A DNA stretch of 64,000 bases, from contig CAMDKI010000004.1 in the NCBI GenBank assembly GCA_945901065.1, positions 29,166 to 93,165 on the forward strand, in the 5' to 3' direction. This DNA comes from Chitinophaga pinensis. Its GTDB lineage: Bacteria > Bacteroidota > Bacteroidia > Chitinophagales > CAIOSU01. Positions 16,782 through 27,278 of this stretch are shown here, one piece after another. Every line of letters begins with the position of its first letter. Within the stretch, counting starts at the first letter, position 1. Below the pieces are notes generated by a model. That model did no database searches. It was not told the origin of the DNA and was given only the letters and a program-made list of their open reading frames with translations. Made by a program: the position numbers and the translations under genes.

Positions 16782-18410
16782 TCATTCCACCCTATCGGCA
16801 TTCACATAATACTTACCCTTATAAAAGTAAGCCACTGGTATAAACAGCACCGCAGCACCTAGCATAAGCACCACAAAAAAGTAATAATACGCTGAGCCCA
16901 TGTATCGGTTATAGTCCAGAGTAACCTCTTTTAACTTTGCTGGGTGGTTGGCTAGCGTTTGGTAAACAACGGCTTGGCCGTCAATATCCAGTATTTCCAA
17001 CTGGTTACTGCTAATGTCGTGCTTGCCGGCTATAAAGGTACCGCTAAGGTAGGTTGTGTCTATTTCACCCTCATCGTTGGTGTTGGTTTGGTAGATACTT
17101 TTTACTTTTGGCAAGTCAATTCTATGACCCTCTTCAATCGTTTTGTCGTCTACGACTGTAATGTGCATGCCAGTTGTAGCAGCAGAAATGCTCTCCACTT
17201 CAATTGGCGTGAGAATGGCATGATTGACGATAATGGTAACGCCATTGCCCAAAGTAATGGCTATATAGTACATCGCCATTATCAACGACTTAATTGCCAA
17301 GGGGGCTTGCGTATAGGCAAACTCCAATGCCGTGATGCTTACCATTACCTCGCCCGCTGTAATGATGAAGTATGCCAATACTTGCCAGTAAAAGTGTACG
17401 GTTTGCCCGGCTTCCATTTGTGCATCTATCCAGCCACTCACCACAAACGATAGGGCTGTAACAAACAACCCTATCCCAATTTTTCGCAAAGGGCTTAATG
17501 GGAAAAGTTTGTTTACAAGAGGGTAAACCACAAACGCGAACAACGGCGTAAGTGTAAGGATAAAAAAGGCATTTATGGCCTGTATTTGCGATGGGAGCAC
17601 CTCAAAATGCCAAGGGCCAATGTCAACGGTTTTATCCATTAAGCTGCGGCTGGCTTGCAGTACCCAAGTGCTCATGGTTTGGTCGTATAGGCTCCAAAAC
17701 ACGGCTATGAATATGAAGTAAACTAGGCTTAGGCGAAACAGAATTTTAGCAGTTTCTGGCGTAAAAATTTGCTGTATATAGGGCCAAAAACCAACGGGTT
17801 CAACGGTTATGTATTTGTCTCTGCCCAACCAAAATACCCAAGTGGCAATCAACATCAAAAGGCCTGGTACGCCGAAGGCTATGTGTGGACCATAAACATC
17901 GAGCAGCCAAGGAGTAAGCAATGCCGAGATAAATGCGCCAACGTTAATGGCCAGATAAAAATATCCGAAAGCCTTCTCTAGTAAATGGCCATTTTTGGTC
18001 GTAAATTGGTCGCCAACATGCGAACCAACGGTGGGCTTAATACCGCCTGAGCCAATGGCAATTAGTGCAAGTCCCCATGCCAAGCCCTCTTGATTTTCAA
18101 AAATAGCCAACACTAAGTGACCAAGGCAGTATACTATGCTTAAGGTAATGATGGTTTTGTACTTGCCCAAAAACATATCGGATAGCAGGGCGCCAAACAA
18201 AGGCAGAAAGTAAACTGCCATGCCGAATAGGTGTATCCAAGTTATGGAGGTACCTTCACTCATGAACAGGTATTGGGTCATAAATACCGCAAGAATAGCT
18301 TTCATGCCATAATAGCTGAACCTTTCGGCGGCCTCGTTGCCAATTATATATGGTATGCCCTTGGGCATTTTACCATGAGGTTCTGCGTTGCTAATTGATT
18401 TTGACTGCAA
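16782..18410 (-). CDS. proton-dependent oligopeptide transporter (POT/PTR2 family)
   Basis: PTR2 signature (GNEAAERFSYYGMKAIL) and about 14 TM helices. An extra soluble insert of about 100 aa lies before the last TM. Confidence 0.9.
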   Translation of the reverse strand: MQSKSISNAEPHGKMPKGIPYIIGNEAAERFSYYGMKAILAVFMTQYLFMSEGTSITWIHLFGMAVYFLPLFGALLSDMFLGKYKTIITLSIVYCLGHLVLAIFENQEGLAWGLALIAIGSGGIKPTVGSHVGDQFTTKNGHLLEKAFGYFYLAINVGAFISALLTPWLLDVYGPHIAFGVPGLLMLIATWVFWLGRDKYITVEPVGFWPYIQQIFTPETAKILFRLSLVYFIFIAVFWSLYDQTMSTWVLQASRSLMDKTVDIGPWHFEVLPSQIQAINAFFILTLTPLFAFVVYPLVNKLFPLSPLRKIGIGLFVTALSFVVSGWIDAQMEAGQTVHFYWQVLAYFIITAGEVMVSITALEFAYTQAPLAIKSLIMAMYYIAITLGNGVTIIVNHAILTPIEVESISAATTGMHITVVDDKTIEEGHRIDLPKVKSIYQTNTNDEGEIDTTYLSGTFIAGKHDISSNQLEILDIDGQAVVYQTLANHPAKLKEVTLDYNRYMGSAYYYFFVVLMLGAAVLFIPVAYFYKGKYYVNADRVE

Positions 18411-18536
18411 GTTGTTGGGTGCTTATGAATCCTTGATAAACTAAACTATTTTGCGGGCTATTGGTTTATGCAATTACCTATCTTATGTTTAGGTACGAAT
18501 ATACCGATAAACCGATTAACTGATACACTGACAAGC

Positions 18537-19319
18537 ATGATTGATGTAACCACAAACAAGGCCACTAGACTGTTTTTAATACTAGGGGGTATTTTTATCA
18601 CGAATGCCTTGGTGGCAGAGTTTATTGGGGTTAAAATATTCCAGTTGGAAGATACCCTTGGCATTGATAGAGCCAGCATTAATGTATTTGGTTATGACTT
18701 ATCGTTCCAGCTTACAGCAGGTGTTTTGTTGTGGCCAGTAGTATTTATCCTTACCGATATTATTAATGAATACTACGGCAAAAAGGGTGTGCGCTTGCTT
18801 TCGTTTCTTACGGCTGGGCTGGTAGCTTATTCTTTCTTGATGATTTACTTGGGTGTGAGTACGACACCTGCCGATTGGTGGGTGGGTAGTGCACAAAACA
18901 AAGGAATAGCTGATTACAGCTTAGCATACAACGCAGTATTCGGGCAGGGTTTATGGATTATTTGTGGGTCGCTGGTAGCCTTTTTAGTTGGCCAAATTTT
19001 GGATGTGTATGTTTTTCACAAGCTAAAGCAAGCCACGGGAGAAAAATTGATATGGTTACGTTCAACTGGCTCTACTTTAGTGTCGCAGTTGGTTGATAGT
19101 TTTGTTGTACTGTTTATTGCATTTTACATTGGTGCTGGTTGGCCTATAGAGCAAGTATTGGCCGTGTGTACAGTCAATTATATCTACAAGGTTCTTATGG
19201 CCATTGGGCTTACTCCAGCCATCTACCTAATGCATAATATAATTGAACGTTTCCTTGGGCATGATTTGGCCAAGGAGATGAAGGACAATGCAATGGAAAA
19301 GAGTGGGGGGGTGATTTAA
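18537..19319 (+). CDS. yhhQ: queuosine-precursor transporter (YhhQ/DUF165 family)
   Basis: LLWPVVFILTDIINEYYGKKG and LVSQLVDSFVVLFIAF match the YhhQ family. I prefer the ATG at 18537 over the ORF start at 18468, which would crowd the divergent promoter region. Confidence 0.75.
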   Translation: MIDVTTNKATRLFLILGGIFITNALVAEFIGVKIFQLEDTLGIDRASINVFGYDLSFQLTAGVLLWPVVFILTDIINEYYGKKGVRLLSFLTAGLVAYSFLMIYLGVSTTPADWWVGSAQNKGIADYSLAYNAVFGQGLWIICGSLVAFLVGQILDVYVFHKLKQATGEKLIWLRSTGSTLVSQLVDSFVVLFIAFYIGAGWPIEQVLAVCTVNYIYKVLMAIGLTPAIYLMHNIIERFLGHDLAKEMKDNAMEKSGGVI

Positions 19320-19322
19320 CCC

Positions 19323-20486
19323 TCAATCAACGTATAGCGCCAATCCCTTCAAGTAAGCACCTTCGGGGTGAAAGATGTTTACTGGGTGGTCGGCAGGTTG
19401 AGATAGGTGGTGCATAACCCGTATATTCCTACCAGCCTCAATAGCGGCGGCCACAATAGTATTGTAAAACAACTCTCTATCAACTACTTGCGAGCAAGAG
19501 AAGGTAAATAATATGCCTCCGGGCGCAAGCTTTTGCAATCCCATAACATTCAATCGCTTATAGCCCTGCACCGCGCGGTGGCGCGCAGATAGATGCTTGG
19601 CATAGGCTGGTGGGTCGAGTACCATTACTTCATATGGCTCCTCCACTTGCTTAAGGAACTGCATTACATCTTCGCAATAAGCCTCGTGGTTTTGCTCTAC
19701 GTTGTTCAGTTTAGCATTGTCGTTGGTCCAGCCAATGGCCTTGCTGCTGCTATCAACAGAGTGCACCATTCGCGCGCCAGCCTTGGCGGCATAAATACTA
19801 AAACCACCAGAGTAGCAAAAGGCATTGAGTACGCGCTTGCCGTTTACATATTGGCCCAGCAGTTCCCTGTTATCCCTTTGGTCTAGAAAAAAGCCTGTTT
19901 TTTGGCCTGTCTGCCAGTTTACTTTAAACTGGTTGCCATGCTCTTGTACCACTTCCTCCGCCAATTCGCCTTTAATAAAGCGCTCTTCTTGGTTGTTGGT
20001 ATCTGCAGGTTTAAGGAAAATGCTAGTTACGCTTGGCAGCACTTCTTCAATGGCTTTGGCAATATCTGCAGCGGCCTTGCTCATGCCCGGCGAGTGTGGC
20101 TGCACTACTACCGTGCTGCCATATACGTCAACTACTAAACCAGGTAAGCCATCTCCTTCGCCGTGTATCAAACGAAAACAGTTGGTGTCTTCTGTACCTG
20201 CCAAGTTACAGCGTTTGCGGTAGTCGTATGCAGATTGTATTCTATCTTTCCAAAAAGTGGCATCTAATTGGCGCTGCTCAAAGCTGAGTATGCGCACCAT
20301 AATGCTGCCATTGGTATAATGGCCTGTTGCCAGGTAATTGCCTTTCGAAGTCCATACCTCTGCAATATCCCCCTCGCCTAACTTCGAGTCTATATTATAA
20401 ATGGCACCCGAGAAAATCCAAGGGTGTTTGCGGTCAAGGGCTTGTTCTTTACCGTTTTTCAGTATTAGCTTGGGATACAGGTTCAT
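19323..20486 (-). CDS. rlmI: class I SAM-dependent rRNA (cytosine-C5) methyltransferase, RlmI-like
   Basis: PUA-like N-terminus (KHPWIFSGAI), a SAM fold (VLNAFCYSGGFSIYAA) and the DPPAYAK motif. Confidence 0.75.
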   Translation of the reverse strand: MNLYPKLILKNGKEQALDRKHPWIFSGAIYNIDSKLGEGDIAEVWTSKGNYLATGHYTNGSIMVRILSFEQRQLDATFWKDRIQSAYDYRKRCNLAGTEDTNCFRLIHGEGDGLPGLVVDVYGSTVVVQPHSPGMSKAAADIAKAIEEVLPSVTSIFLKPADTNNQEERFIKGELAEEVVQEHGNQFKVNWQTGQKTGFFLDQRDNRELLGQYVNGKRVLNAFCYSGGFSIYAAKAGARMVHSVDSSSKAIGWTNDNAKLNNVEQNHEAYCEDVMQFLKQVEEPYEVMVLDPPAYAKHLSARHRAVQGYKRLNVMGLQKLAPGGILFTFSCSQVVDRELFYNTIVAAAIEAGRNIRVMHHLSQPADHPVNIFHPEGAYLKGLALYVD

Positions 20487-20547
20487 GGGTATGGATTACA
20501 AATTCAACATTGAGGTTCAAAATTGCACAAAATAGCTGATGCCTTAA

Positions 20548-21201
20548 TTATTTAAGCTGCTCGCTTATTACATACAGTGCATCTAGCACTTCTTGCTTTT
20601 TTAAAGCTACTATAGGTAGGAGGTAGTTTCGAGCCCGCTCGAAATGGCTCGTTCGCTCTTCAATAGTATTGGAGTTCTGTCCTTGACGATAGAAGTACAT
20701 ACCTAAATGATATTGTACCGTAGTGTCTTTTAAGGTAAGGCCAGATAGCATGCTCCACAGTTTGGCGCTGTAATGCCCAGCGTAATACAAATCTTGTGCA
20801 AGTGCTTTCGAGCCGACACTATCTTCAATCAAAGCTTCGTCCACTGTGTGTTCGTAGCAGTCGGCTATTAACACAAACAGGCTATCGGGTACCCTAGTTA
20901 TGGTTGCCATTATGGTTAGCCCATCAGCGTAAGCGTTGCATGAGGTGGCGAGCCAATTGTTATTCTTTATGCCAAAAAGCGATAAACTTTGTTTGAAAAG
21001 CTCTTGATACAACTTACCCTTAGCTAATTGGTATTGGTATGAGCTTAAAATGGTTGAGTCGGTTATGCCGTCGATATAGGTCTTAGCTTCAATTATGCGT
21101 CCATTGTTTAAAAAGGTGTTCAGCGTATCTAGGGTTTGTGCAGGTGTATAAAAACTACCTAAACAAAAGATCAACGTAAGTATGAAAGGTCTCAAAAACA
21201 A
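20548..21201 (-). CDS. hypothetical secreted protein
   Basis: N-terminal signal peptide (FILTLIFCLGSFYTPAQ). Helical composition, with no recognised motif. Confidence 0.5.
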   Translation of the reverse strand: MFLRPFILTLIFCLGSFYTPAQTLDTLNTFLNNGRIIEAKTYIDGITDSTILSSYQYQLAKGKLYQELFKQSLSLFGIKNNNWLATSCNAYADGLTIMATITRVPDSLFVLIADCYEHTVDEALIEDSVGSKALAQDLYYAGHYSAKLWSMLSGLTLKDTTVQYHLGMYFYRQGQNSNTIEERTSHFERARNYLLPIVALKKQEVLDALYVISEQLK

Positions 21202-21272
21202 AAAGGCTTATCTTATAGTAAAGATAAACCTTTTTACAATTTGGCATTATTGGTGGGCCCTATGTAATCGGC

Positions 21273-21689
21273 TCAGCTACCTGTAAGGCGCAACACGATG
21301 GAGCGATCTGCTTTTATCTTTTCAGGCAATTGCAAAAAACCACGATTGTGCACTTCAAGGCCATCGCGACCATAATAAGAGCGTTTGCAAATTACATTGC
21401 ACAAGGGCTTGGTATTATAAACTAACAAGCAAAGAATTTCTTCGGCAATTTGTTGATTGATAACATTATGTATGTTACTGATGATTACTCCGGTAGAGAT
21501 GGTAACTTTTTTGCTATCTAGGTTGAAAATTTGCATACATTCATCTACTTCATGAACCAAGTTCAAACCATAACACATGCCCAAATACTGAACTTGACCA
21601 TCCATCTCCAATGCGAAAAAGTGAATATCTTCTGCATCCAACAATTCACTCTTCGAAATCTCTTCCCACAAAATGAAGTAATTTTTCAT
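21273..21689 (-). CDS. hypothetical protein
   Basis: A 138-aa ORF with no recognised motif. Confidence 0.45.
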   Translation of the reverse strand: MKNYFILWEEISKSELLDAEDIHFFALEMDGQVQYLGMCYGLNLVHEVDECMQIFNLDSKKVTISTGVIISNIHNVINQQIAEEILCLLVYNTKPLCNVICKRSYYGRDGLEVHNRGFLQLPEKIKADRSIVLRLTGS

Positions 21690-22083
21690 AACATCCCAGT
21701 TTACAACTCTCAGCTAATCCTAATGATTATAAGTAAATCTACCGGATAAGTTACCGAAAACTATAGACAAGATACTAAAGATGGTGCCACAGCAAAAAAC
21801 AATAAAATAATACTAAGGTGTTGAAAATGAGCAGAAAAAGAGGGGATTAGTACAATGTATTTTGACACAGAAACGATAAAGTGCCACGATGGGTAAATGG
21901 AGTTATTCCAAATTGTTTTTCTCGTTTCGAAAAACAGATGTACAAATATTAAATAAAATAGTTGTCCTGTCAAGTAAACGGCCAATTTTTGTTTTCGAAT
22001 TGATTGAAAGTATTTGAAACTTGGCACTATTGTTACCTTTGGACAATGTATATTTATATATCAAATACAATACAATTTTAGCA

Positions 22084-23109
22084 TCAATTCTCCTTCGGGA
22101 GCGGAATGGTAACTTTCAGTATCCAATCTTCAAACACCTGCCCGATATAGAAACTGTTTCCGAAGGCAACGGCTACCGAATTGCCGCTAATTTTTGAGCC
22201 ATCATTTGCAAACAACTCCTCGGTTTTGCCATTGTCAAGTTTTATCAAATACACGATTCCTGGCGAGGGATTTTGACTATTTTTTGCGTGTTTCAAAAAC
22301 TTACCGGCTTTTGGGTGGGCTGCAATTATCACATGGTCGCTATTTACTTGGCTTATATTGTCAAGGCCATTTAGTTTGGCCACATTGCGGCTGTATAGCA
22401 AGGTGCCATCTGTTTGGCGGCGGTATTCGGCAAGCGTTTTTCTTTGGGTGGTTGCTATGTAAACCAAATCATTTACAATTAAAATGCCATTAGCGTATGC
22501 CAGTTTTTTGTCGTTGGCATTGATACATTGCCCCGCTCCATTGCAATATACAATTTGGCTAGTGCGAATTTTAAACAGTTTCTCCATCAACCAACCAAAC
22601 CCCATTCTAGCTCGTTTGCTATCGTTTGTCGCATAAAAGCTTCCGTCGGGCAATCCCGCTACATCGTTTGGCGATACAATTGTTTTGTCGGTTTGCTGGC
22701 GCATAAATACAAGTGTACTACCCTTTACTTCATATAGCAGTATGCTATTCTTTTTGCCAGCCTCTGTTTCTTCATGGTTAACTACAAACAACAATGCCGC
22801 CCCATTATTGCCCTTTACCAAATCAATACCATGCGGGTGAAACGATAAATCGGCAGGCTCACCTGTTCTTACAAGCGTATCTTTACTGTTATCTTTTAAG
22901 CTTAAGGATACTATTTCTCCAAACATTGGCAAGCCTTTTCGCCTTTGGCTGCAAGATACCAACAGGCGCTGTTGGCCGTTAAGCGTATCCAAAACTAGGT
23001 CTTCGGTACCTGGGCCAATATGTATGGTTTCTTCTTTTAGGTTTGGGGGCTGGGCAAAGGTTATAGTGGCAAAGGCAATAAGCAATGCAGCAGTTAGTTT
23101 TAGTTTCAC
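22084..23109 (-). CDS. paraoxonase/arylesterase-like six-bladed beta-propeller (SMP-30/gluconolactonase/LRE superfamily)
   Basis: Signal peptide. FHPHGIDLV, LLFVVNH and SPNDVAGLPDGSFYATND resemble PON-family motifs. The gene has a 4-nt overlap with the upstream carboxylase gene. Confidence 0.6.
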   Translation of the reverse strand: MKLKLTAALLIAFATITFAQPPNLKEETIHIGPGTEDLVLDTLNGQQRLLVSCSQRRKGLPMFGEIVSLSLKDNSKDTLVRTGEPADLSFHPHGIDLVKGNNGAALLFVVNHEETEAGKKNSILLYEVKGSTLVFMRQQTDKTIVSPNDVAGLPDGSFYATNDSKRARMGFGWLMEKLFKIRTSQIVYCNGAGQCINANDKKLAYANGILIVNDLVYIATTQRKTLAEYRRQTDGTLLYSRNVAKLNGLDNISQVNSDHVIIAAHPKAGKFLKHAKNSQNPSPGIVYLIKLDNGKTEELFANDGSKISGNSVAVAFGNSFYIGQVFEDWILKVTIPLPKEN

Positions 23110-25106
23110 TTTGTTTCCTTTTCGGTTGGGTTAAGTTTTAACAACAAGGTATCAGCTTCAATAAAACCATTGGCCTCAACATACACTTCTTCAACAGTAC
23201 CATCTTCAAATGCTTCAATGGTATTCTCCATTTTCATGCTGTTGATTACCAACAAGCCATCACCGGCTTTTACTAAATCGCCGGGTTTTACCAACACTTG
23301 AACCACTTGGCCCGGCATAGGTGCTTTGTATGAGCCAGGTACATTTTCAATTTCAGCCTCTTGGAAACGCGGCACTTCCTTCAGTTCCAATTCGCCAAAC
23401 TCTGGGTGGTGCACCCAGGTGCTATTGTTGCCTGCTGATACCGTGAATCGTTTCCGAAAGCCATTCCACTCCAATACCAACTGCTCCGTAGAACTCGATA
23501 CTATTCTTACAGTGGCCTTTTCTTCGTTTACCGATACGATAAATAATTGATTGTGATATCGATACTCTAGTTTAATTAACTCTTCTTTCCAAGTATAGCT
23601 TTGTACTTGTCCACGATAGAAACTATTTCTAAATCCTGAAGGAATACTGTGCATAACAGTTCTTTCGGTTTGTCTCACCAACCAAGCGGTAAGAGCAGCG
23701 GCGGTGGCACTTTCTATTAAAACTTGATTGTTTGGTATTCTTGGTTCGGTCAACTCTGGATGTTGGTCGAGGTAGCGGGTGTCAAAATCTCCGTTAGCAA
23801 ATCCTTTATCATTTAACACCTCTATCAAAAACGACTTATTAGTGGTAAGGCCATTGAGCACCGTTTTTCGCAAAGCATTGGACATTATGCGCAACGCTTC
23901 GTTACGGTCGTTGCCTTTGGCTATCACTTTAGCAATCATAGGGTCGTAGAATACATCAATTGTCGAACCACTTACTACGCCAGCGTCGTATCTCATGGCT
24001 TCGTTGGCATATGGCAAAAAGTGACGGATTGTGCCCGTTACGGGTAAGTAGTTGTTGTATGGGTCTTCGGCGTATATGCGGCATTCAATAGCATGGCCGG
24101 TTGCCGTTAAATCCTCTTGTTTGAAAGCAAATGGTTTACCTTCGGCTACTTCAATTTGTAGCCTTACCAAATCAAGGCCTGTAACAGTTTCGGTAACTGG
24201 GTGCTCTACCTGCAAACGGGTGTTTACTTCCAGAAAATAGAAATCGCCCTTTTTATCTAAGATAAACTCAACAGTGCCAGCATTGTCGTAACCAACGCTG
24301 CGCGCTGCATTTACAGCAGCCTCGGCCATATTGGCGCGCAATTCGGGTGTAAGGGCAGGAGAGGGGCTTTCTTCAATTATCTTCTGGTAGCGGCGCTGTA
24401 TCGAACAATCGCGTTCGAATAAGTGAATGATATTGCCATGCTGATCGCCAAATACCTGAAACTCAATATGCCTTGCATCGTCAAAGTACCTTTCAATTAA
24501 CAAAGTATCATCACCAAATGCCGATTTTGCTTCACGTTTAGCGGCTTCAATTTCTTTTACTAGATTTTTGCTCTCACGCACAATGCGCATTCCTTTACCG
24601 CCGCCGCCTGCCGATGCTTTTAGTAGCAACGGAAAGCCTACTTTCTCTGCCTGAGAGGCCAAATTATCCGTTGATTGGTCGTCGCCATCATAGCCTGGTA
24701 CGGTGGGCACGTTAAACTGCTGCACCAATTGCTTAGATCGTTTCTTGTCACCCAAAGCATTGATGGCACTAGGTTTGGGGCCAATAAAAATGATACCCGC
24801 TTCTTGGCATTTGGTTGCAAATGTTGCGTTTTCTGAAAGAAAACCATAACCAGGGTGAATGGCATCGGCACCTGTGCGTTTAGCGGCTTCAATTACCGTA
24901 TCCATCAACAAATACGACTCAGATGGTTGGTATCCACCAATACGAACTGCTTCATCTGCTTGCTTCACGAATAAGGCATGCTCATCTGCATCAGAAAATA
25001 TAGCTACAGTATTAATGCCCATGCTTTGGCAGGTGCGCATTACCCTTATGGCAATTTCTCCACGGTTGGCAACTAATACTTTTTTAATAGTACGGTGGTT
25101 AGACAT
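23106..25106 (-). CDS. biotin-dependent acyl-CoA carboxylase alpha subunit (biotin carboxylase plus BCCP), probably 3-methylcrotonyl-CoA carboxylase
   Basis: KVLVANRGEIAIRVMRT, an ATP-grasp region and the C-terminal biotinylation motif INSMKMENTIEA. I take the start at the second Met (MSNHRTIKK). Confidence 0.85.
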   Translation of the reverse strand: MSNHRTIKKVLVANRGEIAIRVMRTCQSMGINTVAIFSDADEHALFVKQADEAVRIGGYQPSESYLLMDTVIEAAKRTGADAIHPGYGFLSENATFATKCQEAGIIFIGPKPSAINALGDKKRSKQLVQQFNVPTVPGYDGDDQSTDNLASQAEKVGFPLLLKASAGGGGKGMRIVRESKNLVKEIEAAKREAKSAFGDDTLLIERYFDDARHIEFQVFGDQHGNIIHLFERDCSIQRRYQKIIEESPSPALTPELRANMAEAAVNAARSVGYDNAGTVEFILDKKGDFYFLEVNTRLQVEHPVTETVTGLDLVRLQIEVAEGKPFAFKQEDLTATGHAIECRIYAEDPYNNYLPVTGTIRHFLPYANEAMRYDAGVVSGSTIDVFYDPMIAKVIAKGNDRNEALRIMSNALRKTVLNGLTTNKSFLIEVLNDKGFANGDFDTRYLDQHPELTEPRIPNNQVLIESATAAALTAWLVRQTERTVMHSIPSGFRNSFYRGQVQSYTWKEELIKLEYRYHNQLFIVSVNEEKATVRIVSSSTEQLVLEWNGFRKRFTVSAGNNSTWVHHPEFGELELKEVPRFQEAEIENVPGSYKAPMPGQVVQVLVKPGDLVKAGDGLLVINSMKMENTIEAFEDGTVEEVYVEANGFIEADTLLLKLNPTEKETK

Positions 25107-25464
25107 TTTGTATGATTTCGATGTCAGGTGTGTCAAAAATTTCTATCACTGAAAAGAGGCATACAATGATTAGAATAACGAAGGCGAAATAAAACACTGA
25201 GTTCCATATGGATTTTTCTTCACCTACGCTCGAATATTTTTTCATTATGTATAATTTGGGCAAGCAAAATAAAACGATAATCAGGTTGGGCGTAAATAAA
25301 TCCCAATACCAAAGGGCGCTGCCTTTCACATGCTCGCTAATTATGCTATAATAGTAATCCTCAGGTTTCAATATGCAGCGCAAAAAGTCGAATGCTGCAG
25401 CAAAGAGCAAGAAAAGCACTATAAACATTGAAATGCTGAGTAAAGTAATTTTAACTGGTTTCAT
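25099..25464 (-). CDS. small integral membrane protein embedded in the carboxylase operon
   Basis: Three predicted TM helices in 121 aa. There is a 3-nt gap to the beta subunit gene and an 8-nt overlap with the alpha subunit start. Confidence 0.5.
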   Translation of the reverse strand: MKPVKITLLSISMFIVLFLLFAAAFDFLRCILKPEDYYYSIISEHVKGSALWYWDLFTPNLIIVLFCLPKLYIMKKYSSVGEEKSIWNSVFYFAFVILIIVCLFSVIEIFDTPDIEIIQNV

Positions 25465-25467
25465 ATG

Positions 25468-27063
25468 TTACTCTCTAAATACTCCAAACGAAGCGGCGCC
25501 TTTAATTGGGGAATGGTTTACAACACTTAAGCAAATACCTAAGAAACTACGGGTATCTCTTGGGTCAATTATGCCATCGTCCCACAAGTTGCCGGTACTA
25601 AACCAAGAACTTGATTTTTGGGCAACCTCTTTCATCATATATTCGCGCATTTGCTTGCCCATTTCTTCGTCGTAGCTAGCTCCTGCGCTTTCAGCAGCTT
25701 GGCGTTGGATTATTTCCATTACGCCAGCTAACTGATCTGGACCCATTACTGCAATTTTTGCATTCGGCCACGAGAATAAGAAGCGAGGTTGGTATGCCCG
25801 CCCGCTCATAGCATAGTTACCCGCACCATATGAAGCACCTACCATTATAGTAATGGCTGGCACTTCGCTATTACTTACTGCATTTATTAGTTTGGCACCG
25901 TTTTTTATAATACCGCCTTCTTCGTATTTGCGGCCAACCATAAAACCGGTAATGTTCTGCAAAAACAAAAGAGGTATTTTACTTCGGTTGCATAGCTGAA
26001 TGAATTGGGTACCCTTGTTTGCCGACTCGGAGAAAAGTACCCCATTGTTGCCTAATATACCAATTTTATAGCCATGTATTTCGGCAAACCCAGTCACTAA
26101 AGTGCTGCCATATTCGGCTTTAAACTCATGGAAACGTGAGCCATCGGTTATACGGGCGATAACTTCCCGTATATCGTATGGTATTTTCGTATCGGGGTTT
26201 ACAATTCCGATTATTTCCTCGGCACTATATTTAGGCTCTTCTATTGCTTTGCTTGGCACAAAAGCATCATCAGAGTCAATAAACGACATGATTTCGCGAG
26301 CCAATCGGATTCCATCTGCCTCGTTTTGAGCTAAATAGTCGCTTACGCCCGATATTTTGCTATGCATTTCGGCACCACCAAGACTTTCGTCGTCGGTAAT
26401 TTCATTGGTGGCCATTTTCACGAGCGGTGGGCCGGCCAAAAATACCTTAGCTTGCCCTTTAACCATTACAGTGTAATCGCTCATACCAGGTATGTATGCC
26501 CCACCAGCGGTACTGTTGCCAAATACCACGCTTATGGTGGTAAGCCCTGCCTTGCTGCGTCGGGTTATTTCTCTGAAGGTAATACCGCCGTAGTTAAATA
26601 TCTTTTCTTGCTCGGGTAAGTTGGCGCCAGCCGATTCTACCAGATTTATAACCGGCAAACGGTTTTCCATGGCTATTTCGCCTATGCGTATTCCTTTTTG
26701 CAAGGTTGCATAATCAATAGCCCCACCTTTGTTGCTTCCAACATTGGCCACAATCAAGGCTATTTTGCCGCTGACTAAGCCAATGCCAGCAACGGTAGTG
26801 CCTCCGGGGCCAAAACCTTCAAGGCCAAGGCCGGCTAGAGGTAGTAGCTCCATAAACGGGCTGTCCTCATCCAATAACAATTCAATGCGGTCTCGGGCAA
26901 GTAGCTTTCCTTGGCTTAATGCTTTGCCAGTATGCTTGTCGCTGCCCTGAAAACGACTTTTTTCAAGCTTAGCTTCCAATTCGGCCACGAGCTTAAGCAT
27001 TTGCTCGTGGTTGCTTTTAAATGTTGCAGAATTTGGGTTAACCCGCGATTTGATTGGTTGCAT
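25468..27063 (-). CDS. acyl-CoA carboxylase carboxyltransferase (beta) subunit, methylcrotonyl-CoA carboxylase type
   Basis: Two-lobed carboxyltransferase fold, with GGTTVAGIGLVSGK, NSTAGGAYIPGMSD and VMVGASYGAGNYAMSGRAY. Size is 531 aa. Confidence 0.9.
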   Translation of the reverse strand: MQPIKSRVNPNSATFKSNHEQMLKLVAELEAKLEKSRFQGSDKHTGKALSQGKLLARDRIELLLDEDSPFMELLPLAGLGLEGFGPGGTTVAGIGLVSGKIALIVANVGSNKGGAIDYATLQKGIRIGEIAMENRLPVINLVESAGANLPEQEKIFNYGGITFREITRRSKAGLTTISVVFGNSTAGGAYIPGMSDYTVMVKGQAKVFLAGPPLVKMATNEITDDESLGGAEMHSKISGVSDYLAQNEADGIRLAREIMSFIDSDDAFVPSKAIEEPKYSAEEIIGIVNPDTKIPYDIREVIARITDGSRFHEFKAEYGSTLVTGFAEIHGYKIGILGNNGVLFSESANKGTQFIQLCNRSKIPLLFLQNITGFMVGRKYEEGGIIKNGAKLINAVSNSEVPAITIMVGASYGAGNYAMSGRAYQPRFLFSWPNAKIAVMGPDQLAGVMEIIQRQAAESAGASYDEEMGKQMREYMMKEVAQKSSSWFSTGNLWDDGIIDPRDTRSFLGICLSVVNHSPIKGAASFGVFRE

Positions 27064-27278
27064 ACTCGCTAATTGGTATCATTTGTATAGAAGGCTAATA
27101 TAATAATAATGCTCTAACCGCAAGGGAGATTTAATAATTAAAAACGTCAGCGCGAATTCAATACTTCAATCATCAAAAGGGTTGATTTAAGTCATAAATT
27201 TTGGTATTAAGAACCTTTAGTTTTGAAGAGGTTTGATGGTGATACGAAATCATACTCAAAACCAATATAGTTGGTGTC

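Noticed and set aside
16569-16862. Plus-strand ORFs of 97 and 64 aa between the MoxR and POT genes
   Set aside because: They overlap the 3' end of the POT gene and each other. A minus-strand small basic ORF fits the operon direction better, although that call is also weak.
21761-22027. An 88-aa minus-strand ORF in an AT-rich spacer
   Set aside because: The composition is low-complexity and rich in Phe, Ile and Leu, which is what an AT-rich intergenic region produces. It has no motif and no coupling to neighbours. It is more likely the promoter/5' region of the 21273..21689 gene.
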